Shown here: positions 12,260 through 20,745 of the stretch, piece by piece
Numbering within the stretch: position 1 is the first letter of the stretch
How the letters are laid out: each line of letters begins with the position of its first letter
NCBI GenBank assembly: GCA_038064575.1
Contig: JBBTST010000012.1
Coordinates: 32-64,031, forward strand
Direction of reading: 5' to 3'
DNA length: 64,000 bases
Source: Patescibacteria group bacterium
Lineage (GTDB): Bacteria > Patescibacteriota > WWE3 > UBA101185 > 2-01-FULL-41-18
Position numbers and translations under genes: made by a program
Notes under the pieces: model-generated
Told to the model about the DNA's origin: nothing
Database searches by the model: none
Seen by the model: only the letters and a program-made list of their open reading frames with translations

Positions 12260-13192
12260 TTATTTAAAAGCTATGTACCTAAAAGACGCTTCTGCTGCTA
12301 TTGCTCCCTCAGAAGCAGCAGTTACAAGCTGAGCAAATCTATTTGAAGCATTTGTAACATCTCCTGCAGCAAACAAACCTGGAATATTTGTGGATTGGTC
12401 CTTGGCAACTTTTAGGTATCCTTGATCATCAAACTCAACGCCCAAATTCCTAACAAGCTCTGTTTCTGGCAAAAATCCCACTTCCACAAAAACCCCATCA
12501 AGAAGCAATCTGTTTGAATCTTTATAGTCTTTATCCAAAATAACATATTCCAATTTATTTGAACCTCCCACTTCCACAAGATTTGTTTCCATAATAAAAT
12601 CAATTTTAGGATGTGCTCTGGCAGCATCAACATAAGAGGGTTTTGCTTTAAATACATCTCTTCTGTGGATCACATAAACTTTGGCTGCGTTTGAGGCAAG
12701 ATCAAGAGCCCCAGTTATAGCAGAATCCCCCCCACCAACAACCGCAACCACTTTGTTTTTAAAAAAGGCTCCGTCGCATGTAGCACAATAACTTATTCCC
12801 CTGCCTGACAACTCTTTTTCTCCTCTTATTCCAAGCTTTTTATGCTTTGCACCTGAAGTCAAAACAACACTCTTAACAAACACCTCCTCAAAACCGTTGG
12901 CATCAGTTTCAACTCTAAAGTTCTTCTCTTCCCGCTTAACGGCTTTAACAAAACCATAAACAAGACTTGCACCAAGACTTCTGGCATGATCCTCAAAGTT
13001 TTTGGAAAGCATAGACCCTGTAATACTTTTAATACCGGGCCAGTTTTCAATATCAGATGTTTCAAGAATTTGACCCCCAAAATCACTTGAAATAACTACA
13101 GTTCTCAAGTTGTATCTAACAGCATAAATTGCACAAGATAACCCTGCAGCACCACCACCAACTATTAATAAGTCAAAATTTGAAACACTCAT
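12260..13192 (-). CDS. trxB: thioredoxin-disulfide reductase
   Basis: 310 aa with an FAD GxGxxG motif (LLIVGGGAAG), the redox-active CATCDG and a second NADPH Rossmann motif (VVAVVGGGDSA). Confidence 0.88.
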   Translation of the reverse strand: MSVSNFDLLIVGGGAAGLSCAIYAVRYNLRTVVISSDFGGQILETSDIENWPGIKSITGSMLSKNFEDHARSLGASLVYGFVKAVKREEKNFRVETDANGFEEVFVKSVVLTSGAKHKKLGIRGEKELSGRGISYCATCDGAFFKNKVVAVVGGGDSAITGALDLASNAAKVYVIHRRDVFKAKPSYVDAARAHPKIDFIMETNLVEVGGSNKLEYVILDKDYKDSNRLLLDGVFVEVGFLPETELVRNLGVEFDDQGYLKVAKDQSTNIPGLFAAGDVTNASNRFAQLVTAASEGAIAAEASFRYIAFK

Positions 13193-13677
13193 ACAAGTAC
13201 AACAGCCTCCAACATAGCTTCAACTACATCGTCAATTAAAAACTTTGCTTCTTCAAAAGTAAGTTTTCTAAAATTATTGGGATAATAATGAAAAACCAAA
13301 TTTCTGGCACTCTTCCAAACTGACCATAAATACTCTGACAAATTCCTGTCCGGCAGGTGTGGAATTTTATCATAAACGGATTTACTTTCAGTCCTGAAGG
13401 TGGGGTTTAAAATGCGACCGATTCTCACTTCATCTCCATAAAACTCACTTTTATCAATAAGTTTAAGCTCCAAAAAGAGTTTTTTTAAAAAGCCTTCATA
13501 AGCTTTAGCAAAAGGAAATACCAAGTAAGAATAATCGGTGATATTTTTTTCATGCAAGGCAACATCTGAAATAAGAACTTCCCCATCAGCCACTAAGCCT
13601 TGAAGATTCTCCCCAAGAAAGTTCCACAACTTTGAAGACCTATCAACAAGAGTTAACATAGAAATAATTAATAGCAT
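13189..13677 (-). CDS. hypothetical protein with HEPN-like Rx4HxY motif, translationally coupled to trxB
   Basis: 162 aa ORF overlapping the trxB start by 4 nt. The C-terminal motif SARNLVFHYY fits the R-x4-6-H HEPN signature (HepT/DUF86-like RNxxxHxY). No other family recognised. Confidence 0.45.
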   Translation of the reverse strand: MLLIISMLTLVDRSSKLWNFLGENLQGLVADGEVLISDVALHEKNITDYSYLVFPFAKAYEGFLKKLFLELKLIDKSEFYGDEVRIGRILNPTFRTESKSVYDKIPHLPDRNLSEYLWSVWKSARNLVFHYYPNNFRKLTFEEAKFLIDDVVEAMLEAVVLV

Positions 13678-13711
13678 AGATTTATCAACTTTTGAATAAT
13701 ATACTTAAGGC

Positions 13712-16366
13712 ATGTATCATACAAAATCCTTTGAGGATACAATCAAAAACTTAAGTTCCAGTCCTCAGGGATTAACGCAAACAGACGCTGAAAACAGAAT
13801 CAAAACATTCGGCTACAACGAACTTCCAGAACCTATCAAAGAACCTTTGATTCTAAAATTTCTGGACCAATTTAAAAACTTACTTGTGTTGCTTTTGATA
13901 AGCGCCACAGTTATATCTTTCTTCCTTGGGGAAAGACTTGATGCCATTGCTATTTTGGCAATTGTTATAGTTAATGCCATCTTAGGATTTGTTCAGGAAT
14001 TTAAAGCGGAAAAAGCTATAGAAGCTCTTAAAAGAATGTCCGCAAGCTACTGCAAAGTTATAAGGGGTACTGAGGTGAGCAAAATAGAAGCAAGGCATCT
14101 TGTCCCCGGAGATATAATCCTGGTAGAAGCAGGAGATAAAATACCTGCTGACGCCAGACTGATAGAAGCTATTAATCTGGAAGTTTCAGAGGCGGTTTTA
14201 ACGGGCGAATCAGTTCCAGTAAAAAAAATTACTGACTTATTAGAAAATGAAAATTTGTCTCTTGGCGACAGGAAAAACATCTTATTCAAAGACACTTCTG
14301 TTTCCTATGGTAGGGGCAAAGCAATAGTTGTTGCAACTGGCATTCAAACGGAGGTGGGGAAAATATCCACTCTTCTCACAGAGGAAAAGGTACAAGAAAC
14401 ACCTCTTCAGAAAGAATTGGGAAAAGTAGGAAAGAATTTGAGCTTTGCAGCTCTTATTATTATTGTAGTTATCTTTGGTGTTGAAATATTTGTTGATGGG
14501 GAAGGTATAAAAGAGGCTTTTCTAACATCCGTAAGCCTTGCAGTTGCCGCAATTCCCGAGGGCTTACCTGCAGTAATTACTGTGGTGCTGGCTATAGGAG
14601 TGACTCGCCTGGCTAAGAAAAAGGCCATCATAAGAAAACTACCGGCAGTGGAAACTCTTGGAGCTACCACACATATTCTAACTGATAAAACAGGCACACT
14701 CACCCAAAATAGAATGATGGTTACCAAAATCCTCTCCGGCAACACCGAGTTTTCTGTTGACGGAGAAGGTTATGCACCCAAAGGAAGCTTTTATGACAGT
14801 TCTCTCACTAAAGTTAATGCAACAGAATTTATTGGTCTTACAAAGTTACTTGCTCATGCAAGTCTGTGTAACAACGCTGTGCTTAAACAGAACGAGGGGG
14901 GAAAATGGGAAATTATAGGGGACATTACTGAGGGGGCACTGCTTGTTTGTGCGGAAAAAGCAGGTATCAGGGCAAAAGAACTCATGGCTCAAAAAAAACG
15001 CGTTTTTGAAATACCATTTTCATCTGAAGACAAGTTTATGATGACCGCACATGAAAATGGGGACGGCATTGAACTAGTTGTAAAAGGCGCACCTGAAGTA
15101 GTTCTTAGTTTTTGTTCTATGGAGCAGGACAAAAAACAAAAGATTGAAGAAAAAATCAAGGATTTTGCAGGCAGTGGTTTAAGAAATCTTGGAGTAACAT
15201 TTAAAGAGGTTGCCAGGAAAGATTTTGATAACACTGATAATAAAAGAACTCTACTTACCGGAATGATATTTGAAGGTCTGATTGCTCAAAAGGATCCTCT
15301 AAGACTTGAAGTAAAAGATGCAGTTAAAGAAGCACAAGCTGCTGGGGTTACAACAATTATGGTAACCGGAGATCATAAGCTTATGGCAGTTTCCATTGCA
15401 AAAGAATTAGGTATGATTTCTTCTGAAGATGAGGCTATAAGCGGAGAAGAAATGGTTGGGATGAAAGAAGCACAAATTGACCAACTGATCAAAGCAAAAC
15501 GGGTATATGCAAGGGTATCACCTGAGCAAAAGTTGATCCTTGTCAAAGCTTACAAAAGAGCCGGATACATTGTAACTGTTACAGGAGACGGCGTTAATGA
15601 TGCCCCGGCCCTAAAGGCCGGAAATATTGGCGTAGCTATGGGAATAGAAGGAACAGATGTAGCCAAGGAAGCCTCAAGCATGATTTTGCAAAACGATAAC
15701 TTTGCAACTATTGTGGCAGCTATCAAAGAAGGAAGAATAATTTTTGATAACCTTATCAAATTCATTACTTATTTAATCTCATGCAATATATCTGAAATTA
15801 TGATTATTTTTGTTGCCGCAATTCTTAGAGATCCTGTTCCCCTACTTCCAATACACCTTCTTTGGATTAATTTTATTACAGACGGTTTTCCGGCTCTAGC
15901 TCTAGGCATGGAACCGGGTGAAAAAGATATTATGCAAAGAAAACCCAGGGAAACAAAAAACGGCATATTAAATAAAGAACGATGGTTATTTATGACTCTA
16001 GAAGGTATTTTTATGGGCGCACTTGCCTATATAGTATTTAACATTACACTTAGGGACTTTGGCTTAGCAGAAGCTAGAACTGCAACATTCTTAACACTGT
16101 CCATTCTACAGTTAATACATGCCTTTAACAGTAGGTCTGAAAATCAATCCTTGCTAAAAGTAGGCATTACAGAAAATAAGTTTTTATTCTTGATTGTAGT
16201 ATTTTCAATAATTGCCCAGGTGCCCGTTTTATACACAAGCTTTGGAGAAAAAGTGTTTGGAGCAGAACCACTTGGTCTATTTGAATATGTGCCCATAGCA
16301 CTAACTGCCTGTTTATTCTTTCTGTTTGTAGAGGTGCTTAAAAAAGTTAAGAGGTTAAGAATTTAA
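13712..16366 (+). CDS. cation-transporting P-type ATPase (Ca2+-ATPase-like, type II)
   Basis: 884 aa with the phosphorylation motif DKTGTLT, TGDHKLMAV, the hinge motif TGDGVNDAPALK and about 10 TM segments. Confidence 0.9.
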   Translation: MYHTKSFEDTIKNLSSSPQGLTQTDAENRIKTFGYNELPEPIKEPLILKFLDQFKNLLVLLLISATVISFFLGERLDAIAILAIVIVNAILGFVQEFKAEKAIEALKRMSASYCKVIRGTEVSKIEARHLVPGDIILVEAGDKIPADARLIEAINLEVSEAVLTGESVPVKKITDLLENENLSLGDRKNILFKDTSVSYGRGKAIVVATGIQTEVGKISTLLTEEKVQETPLQKELGKVGKNLSFAALIIIVVIFGVEIFVDGEGIKEAFLTSVSLAVAAIPEGLPAVITVVLAIGVTRLAKKKAIIRKLPAVETLGATTHILTDKTGTLTQNRMMVTKILSGNTEFSVDGEGYAPKGSFYDSSLTKVNATEFIGLTKLLAHASLCNNAVLKQNEGGKWEIIGDITEGALLVCAEKAGIRAKELMAQKKRVFEIPFSSEDKFMMTAHENGDGIELVVKGAPEVVLSFCSMEQDKKQKIEEKIKDFAGSGLRNLGVTFKEVARKDFDNTDNKRTLLTGMIFEGLIAQKDPLRLEVKDAVKEAQAAGVTTIMVTGDHKLMAVSIAKELGMISSEDEAISGEEMVGMKEAQIDQLIKAKRVYARVSPEQKLILVKAYKRAGYIVTVTGDGVNDAPALKAGNIGVAMGIEGTDVAKEASSMILQNDNFATIVAAIKEGRIIFDNLIKFITYLISCNISEIMIIFVAAILRDPVPLLPIHLLWINFITDGFPALALGMEPGEKDIMQRKPRETKNGILNKERWLFMTLEGIFMGALAYIVFNITLRDFGLAEARTATFLTLSILQLIHAFNSRSENQSLLKVGITENKFLFLIVVFSIIAQVPVLYTSFGEKVFGAEPLGLFEYVPIALTACLFFLFVEVLKKVKRLRI

Positions 16367-16396
16367 AAAAGTGTTTTTGGTACTATTAGCTTTAAT

Positions 16397-17536
16397 ATGA
16401 ATAAAAGAGTTGCAATAATCCACGATTATCTAACTGAATTTGGGGGAGCTGAAAGAACACTAAAGACTATCCATGATCTTTTTCCCAACTCTACAGTTTT
16501 CACCTCCTCTTATGATGAAAAAGCTATTCCTGAATTCAAAGACTGGAAAATCATTACCACGGCGGCTAAAGACTTACCCTCTTTCAAAAGCCTTTCCAAA
16601 CAGTATACGTTCTTATACCCCTTTTTATTTGAAGCTTTTGATTTAAAAGATTTTGATATAGTAATCTCTTCATGGTCCGCATGGAGCAAATGTGTAATAA
16701 CTTCACACAAACAACTTCATATCAGCTATTGCCACACTCCTCCAAGATTTTTGTATAAATATTCTGGAGAGTCTCAAAAAAGAAACTCCTGGTACTACAA
16801 ACCGTTTGTTGCCTATATTGATATGTATTTGAGAGTTTGGGATTTTTTCTCCGCAAAGAGACCTGATTATATAATTGCTAACTCACAAACAGTTGCAAAA
16901 AGGATCAAAAAATTTTACAAAATTGATGCACCGGTCATAAATCCTCCCGTAAGAACTACAGTTGAACTTGTGCTGCCGGAAGGAGCTTCCAGATTTGATA
17001 CTAATTATTTTTTGATAGTATCAAGATTGGTTCCTTATAAAAACATCGATGTTGTCATAGAGGCTTTTAATAATCTGTCTTATCCTTTAAGGATAGTTGG
17101 TACCGGTAAGGAGGAGGCTCGACTCAAAAAACTTGCAAAAAGAGATTTTGCTTTTTTGGGAAAAATTGATGAAAGAGAACTTGCGTTAATGTATCAAAAC
17201 TGCAAAGGTGTTATTTTCCCTGTCAAAGATGAAGATTTTGGGATTGTTCCAATAGAAGCTATGGCTCATGGAAAACCCGTGTTAGCTCACAGATCAGGAG
17301 GCGTTTTGGATACAATAGAAGATGGGAAAACAGGTATGTTTTTTGAAGGCGATAAGGTAGAAGACTTGATAGAAGCAATCAAGAATTTTGATGGGGCTAT
17401 ATATGGCCAGCAATTTGATCTGAACTACATAAAAAACTCCGCAAAAAAATATGATGAGGCTATTTTCAGAAACAAATTCAAAACATTCATCTCAGAAAAA
17501 TGGGCAGCCAAATTTAACGAGACCCTTACATGGTAG
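16397..17536 (+). CDS. glycosyltransferase family 4 (GT-B)
   Basis: 379 aa with a C-terminal EDFGIVPIEAMAHGKPV...GG motif typical of GT4/GT1 retaining glycosyltransferases. Confidence 0.8.
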   Translation: MNKRVAIIHDYLTEFGGAERTLKTIHDLFPNSTVFTSSYDEKAIPEFKDWKIITTAAKDLPSFKSLSKQYTFLYPFLFEAFDLKDFDIVISSWSAWSKCVITSHKQLHISYCHTPPRFLYKYSGESQKRNSWYYKPFVAYIDMYLRVWDFFSAKRPDYIIANSQTVAKRIKKFYKIDAPVINPPVRTTVELVLPEGASRFDTNYFLIVSRLVPYKNIDVVIEAFNNLSYPLRIVGTGKEEARLKKLAKRDFAFLGKIDERELALMYQNCKGVIFPVKDEDFGIVPIEAMAHGKPVLAHRSGGVLDTIEDGKTGMFFEGDKVEDLIEAIKNFDGAIYGQQFDLNYIKNSAKKYDEAIFRNKFKTFISEKWAAKFNETLTW

Positions 17537-17545
17537 AATTCTTCC

Positions 17546-18403
17546 ATGCCTGAACTTCCAGAGGTAGAAACAATAGTCAGGGAATTACAAAACACAATAA
17601 CCGGTAAAGCCATACTTAAAATATGGATTGAGCAAGGATACAAAGTTCAGCCCAACAGCTCTAAATTTTCTGACTCCCTAGAAAAGTCCCATATTGAAAA
17701 GGTGGAAAGACTTGCAAAAAACATTGTAATCACTCTTTTCAAAAAGGATTTCTTTTTAGTGTTTCACCTTGCCATGACGGGAAGAATATTACTTAGAAAT
17801 ATTAGCGATTCAAAAGATGCTCACACCAGGGTAAAAATAACTTTTGTAGATCAAACTGAATTAAGGTTTTGCGATGTACGGATGTTTGGTTCTGCTAGAA
17901 TTCTCTCCAAGAAAGAACTAATAACACTCAAACAAAAATATGGTCCCTCCCCTTTTCACAAAGATCTAACTGCTTCAAAACTTATGGCTATTCTATCTTC
18001 AAAAAACACCATTATAAAAAGAGCTCTTCTTGAACAGGAACTGATATCCGGTCTTGGAAACATTTATGCAAACGACAGTCTGTTTATGGCAAAAATCCAC
18101 CCTGAAGCCAAAACCAGGCAATTGATTAGGGATGATTATCAAAGATTATTAAGTGCTATGAAACAAATTCTTCTGGAAGGAATAAAACATAAGGGGTCCA
18201 CCCTTGATGATGAGATGTTTGTGGATATATGGGGGAAAAAGGGAGAACATCAAAACTTCTTTAGAATTTATGGGAAAGACAATAAACCATGTCCATCCTG
18301 TAATGGAAAAATACTTGTTAAGTCAATTTCACAAAGACCCACTTATTTTTGTCCAAACTGTCAATTACTTAAAAGAGAAACTAAACAAGGTTTCCTTCTT
18401 TGA
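17546..18403 (+). CDS. mutM: formamidopyrimidine-DNA glycosylase (Fpg/MutM)
   Basis: N-terminal MPELPEVE with catalytic Pro2/Glu3, and a C-terminal zinc finger CPSC...CPNC. Confidence 0.88.
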   Translation: MPELPEVETIVRELQNTITGKAILKIWIEQGYKVQPNSSKFSDSLEKSHIEKVERLAKNIVITLFKKDFFLVFHLAMTGRILLRNISDSKDAHTRVKITFVDQTELRFCDVRMFGSARILSKKELITLKQKYGPSPFHKDLTASKLMAILSSKNTIIKRALLEQELISGLGNIYANDSLFMAKIHPEAKTRQLIRDDYQRLLSAMKQILLEGIKHKGSTLDDEMFVDIWGKKGEHQNFFRIYGKDNKPCPSCNGKILVKSISQRPTYFCPNCQLLKRETKQGFLL

Positions 18404-18410
18404 GAAAGCT

Positions 18411-19466
18411 ATGCAAATTAACTCACTTAAGCTTGAAAACTTCAGAAACTTTGATAATAAGAAGTTTATTTTTGAAAAGACAAATGTGATAGTTGGACCC
18501 AACGCTTCAGGAAAAACAGCAATTGCAGAGGCAATTTACCTTCTTTCAACAGCAAAACCAATTAGAGGAGACTATGATAAGGATACAATAAATTTTGACA
18601 AGGAATATTGTAAAATTGAAGGAAAAATAAACTCAAAGGATGAAACAACTAAACTTGAAGTTATTATTAGCAAAAACAAGGAAGAGGGAAACAGATCCCT
18701 TAAAAAACTAACAGTTAATGGAATACCAAAATTGCAAAAAGTATTTGTTGGTCGGTTGAGAAGCGTTCTTTTTACGCCTGAAAATCTTAACATTTTTTCC
18801 CAAGGCCCCGGAGAAAGAAGAAAAGAAATTGATAATGTTTTGACACAGACAGATCAGAATTATCGGGGTTATATTTCAGATATAACAAAAATTATAAAAA
18901 ACAGAAATAAAGTTTTAGAAAAAATAAACAAAGAACATAAAGGTCTAGATGAGCTTCAATACTGGGATGACAACCTTATTAAAACCGGGGGTCTTTTGCA
19001 GGAGAGTAGGCAAAATTATATCCACAACATCAAAGATTTTTTCAGGCAGACAGGAAAAACTCTGGACAGAGAAGTCTCAGAATATTTAATAGAATACAAA
19101 AAAAGCGAGGTAACTAAAGCCAATCTTGAAAAAATAAGAGATAGAGAAATAGCAACAAAAATGACATTGATTGGTCCAACTCGAGATGACTTCAAAGTGT
19201 ATCTAGGTGGACGGGAAATTGAAAGCTTTGGGTCCCGTGGGCAACAAAGGACAGGTATACTAGCCCTCAAGATATGTGAACTTGGCTTTCTGGAGACAGA
19301 GAATAAAGAAAGACCAGTTTTGATTCTTGACGATATTCTTTCCGAACTGGATGAAAAACACAGGGGTCATGTGATGAACATCCTTCACACTCAACAAACA
19401 ATTCTTACCACAACTGAAACCTCTCTTGCACAAAAAATTCCAACTTCTCACTATATAGAACTTTAA
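18411..19466 (+). CDS. recF: DNA replication and repair protein RecF
   Basis: ATG at 18411 gives a 352 aa protein. It starts MQINSLKLENFRNF and carries the Walker A motif GPNASGKT. The ORF-track start at 18204 overlaps fpg and is not supported. Confidence 0.85.
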   Translation: MQINSLKLENFRNFDNKKFIFEKTNVIVGPNASGKTAIAEAIYLLSTAKPIRGDYDKDTINFDKEYCKIEGKINSKDETTKLEVIISKNKEEGNRSLKKLTVNGIPKLQKVFVGRLRSVLFTPENLNIFSQGPGERRKEIDNVLTQTDQNYRGYISDITKIIKNRNKVLEKINKEHKGLDELQYWDDNLIKTGGLLQESRQNYIHNIKDFFRQTGKTLDREVSEYLIEYKKSEVTKANLEKIRDREIATKMTLIGPTRDDFKVYLGGREIESFGSRGQQRTGILALKICELGFLETENKERPVLILDDILSELDEKHRGHVMNILHTQQTILTTTETSLAQKIPTSHYIEL

Positions 19467-19470
19467 AAAG

Positions 19471-19487
19471 GCTGTAGTAGCCTTAAC
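19471..19487 (+). terminator. hairpin downstream of recF (AAGGCT-gtagt-AGCCTT)
   Basis: 6-bp perfect stem directly after the recF stop, flanked by A/T-rich sequence. Confidence 0.35.
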
Positions 19488-19554
19488 TAAGTATCCCACA
19501 CTATAAGTCTAAAACTTATGGACAAAAGCATATTTTTCTGGTATAAAGGTGTAC

Positions 19555-19662
19555 ATGAGTACTATATTAACATCAGTAATAGAAGCAACCGTTACCGCCG
19601 TGGTGTCCGTTATTGATGCGGTGGTTGTGGCCGTTTCCTCAATCCTTGATATTGGAAAGTAA
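19555..19662 (+). CDS. small hydrophobic peptide (35 aa), not in ORF track
   Basis: ATG at 19555 preceded by AAAGGTG at ideal spacing. It encodes MSTILTSVIEATVTAVVSVIDAVVVAVSSILDIGK, an Ala/Val-rich hydrophobic peptide. Stop at 19660-19662 is followed by a GC stem plus T6. Confidence 0.3.
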   Translation: MSTILTSVIEATVTAVVSVIDAVVVAVSSILDIGK

Positions 19663-19703
19663 CAAGGCTGCCTTTTTTGCGGTAAATATGCAATAATTAT
19701 GTT

Positions 19704-20735
19704 GTGTATATTCCCGAGTTTTTAATTACCACAAACATTTTAAGAAGCATAGGAAAAGTAGAGTACTGCCGGGCAGTGCTTGAAGAGATACCCATACAAG
19801 AGAACATCAGTTCAAATCTTCAAAAGGAAGCCCTGGCAAAAAATGTATTTCATGCACATCACTTTGATGCTTCAGCAATAACTCTTCAGACAGTCAGACA
19901 AATAATTGATACTCAGAATGTACAAGTATCTCAGAAGCTTAATAAAGAACTTAACTCTTACAAAAAAGTCTATGAAGATATTCCCAAACTTGGCAAGCTA
20001 GACTTACAGAGCCTTAAAAAAATGCATAGAAATCTTCTGGAGGATCTTGCACCGGATTTTGTCAGAGGAACGTTCAGAACTACAGCCCTAATAAGCAACC
20101 CAAACAATATCATTAACCCTGCCCCAGATGAGATACTGGCCCGCTTAACAAGTTTTTTTGAATGGTTTCTATCTCATGAGGCTATGGACTTGCCAACACC
20201 GCTAAGAACAGCAGTTCTTTATTTAGAAATATTTAGAATAAGCCCCTTTGAAATTGAAAATAAGAAAATGGCGGGACTTGCGAGCCTTTTGGATTTGTAT
20301 GTAGAAAAGTACGATACCAAAAGAGTACTTGCCCTGGAGTGGGTTTTTGATGAAAGCCCTACAGGATTTTATTTTGCAGTCAAAACAACACAAAACCAAA
20401 CCGGAGATATTACAAAATGGCTTGAATACTTTTTGTTTGGACTTGCAAGCGAATATGAGAGGGTAAAGGAAAAGATTTTAACTCTTGCAAAAGACGCAAA
20501 GTTAAGAAGGGTTGCGGGTATGACACCATTAAATGATCGCCAAGAGAAAATTCTTGAATTCATACATGATTTTGGACAGATGCAAAATAAAGACTTTTCA
20601 AGGCTATTCCCTCAAATTTCGGAGGATACAATACTTAGAGATCTTAAGGACTTGATAGTCAAAAATCTTGTAGAAAAAGTGGGAAGTACCAAATCCTCCA
20701 GATATAGACTCAAGGACAATCAAAACAAAATGTAA
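19704..20735 (+). CDS. Fic-like fold protein lacking the catalytic motif, with C-terminal winged HTH
   Basis: 343 aa (GTG start in track). A C-terminal wHTH (LNDRQEKILEFIHDFGQMQNKDFSRLF...LRDLKDLIVKNLVEK) is typical of Fic-family proteins. The position expected for HPFx[DE]GNGR reads SPFEIENKKMAG, so any Fic activity is probably lost. Confidence 0.45.
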   Translation: MYIPEFLITTNILRSIGKVEYCRAVLEEIPIQENISSNLQKEALAKNVFHAHHFDASAITLQTVRQIIDTQNVQVSQKLNKELNSYKKVYEDIPKLGKLDLQSLKKMHRNLLEDLAPDFVRGTFRTTALISNPNNIINPAPDEILARLTSFFEWFLSHEAMDLPTPLRTAVLYLEIFRISPFEIENKKMAGLASLLDLYVEKYDTKRVLALEWVFDESPTGFYFAVKTTQNQTGDITKWLEYFLFGLASEYERVKEKILTLAKDAKLRRVAGMTPLNDRQEKILEFIHDFGQMQNKDFSRLFPQISEDTILRDLKDLIVKNLVEKVGSTKSSRYRLKDNQNKM

Positions 20736-20745
20736 ATATGGAAAA

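Noticed and set aside
18204-18410. Upstream extension of recF (ORF-track start 18204)
   Set aside because: It overlaps the fpg coding sequence in another frame. The RecF N-terminal consensus MxINxLxLxNFRN begins at ATG 18411.
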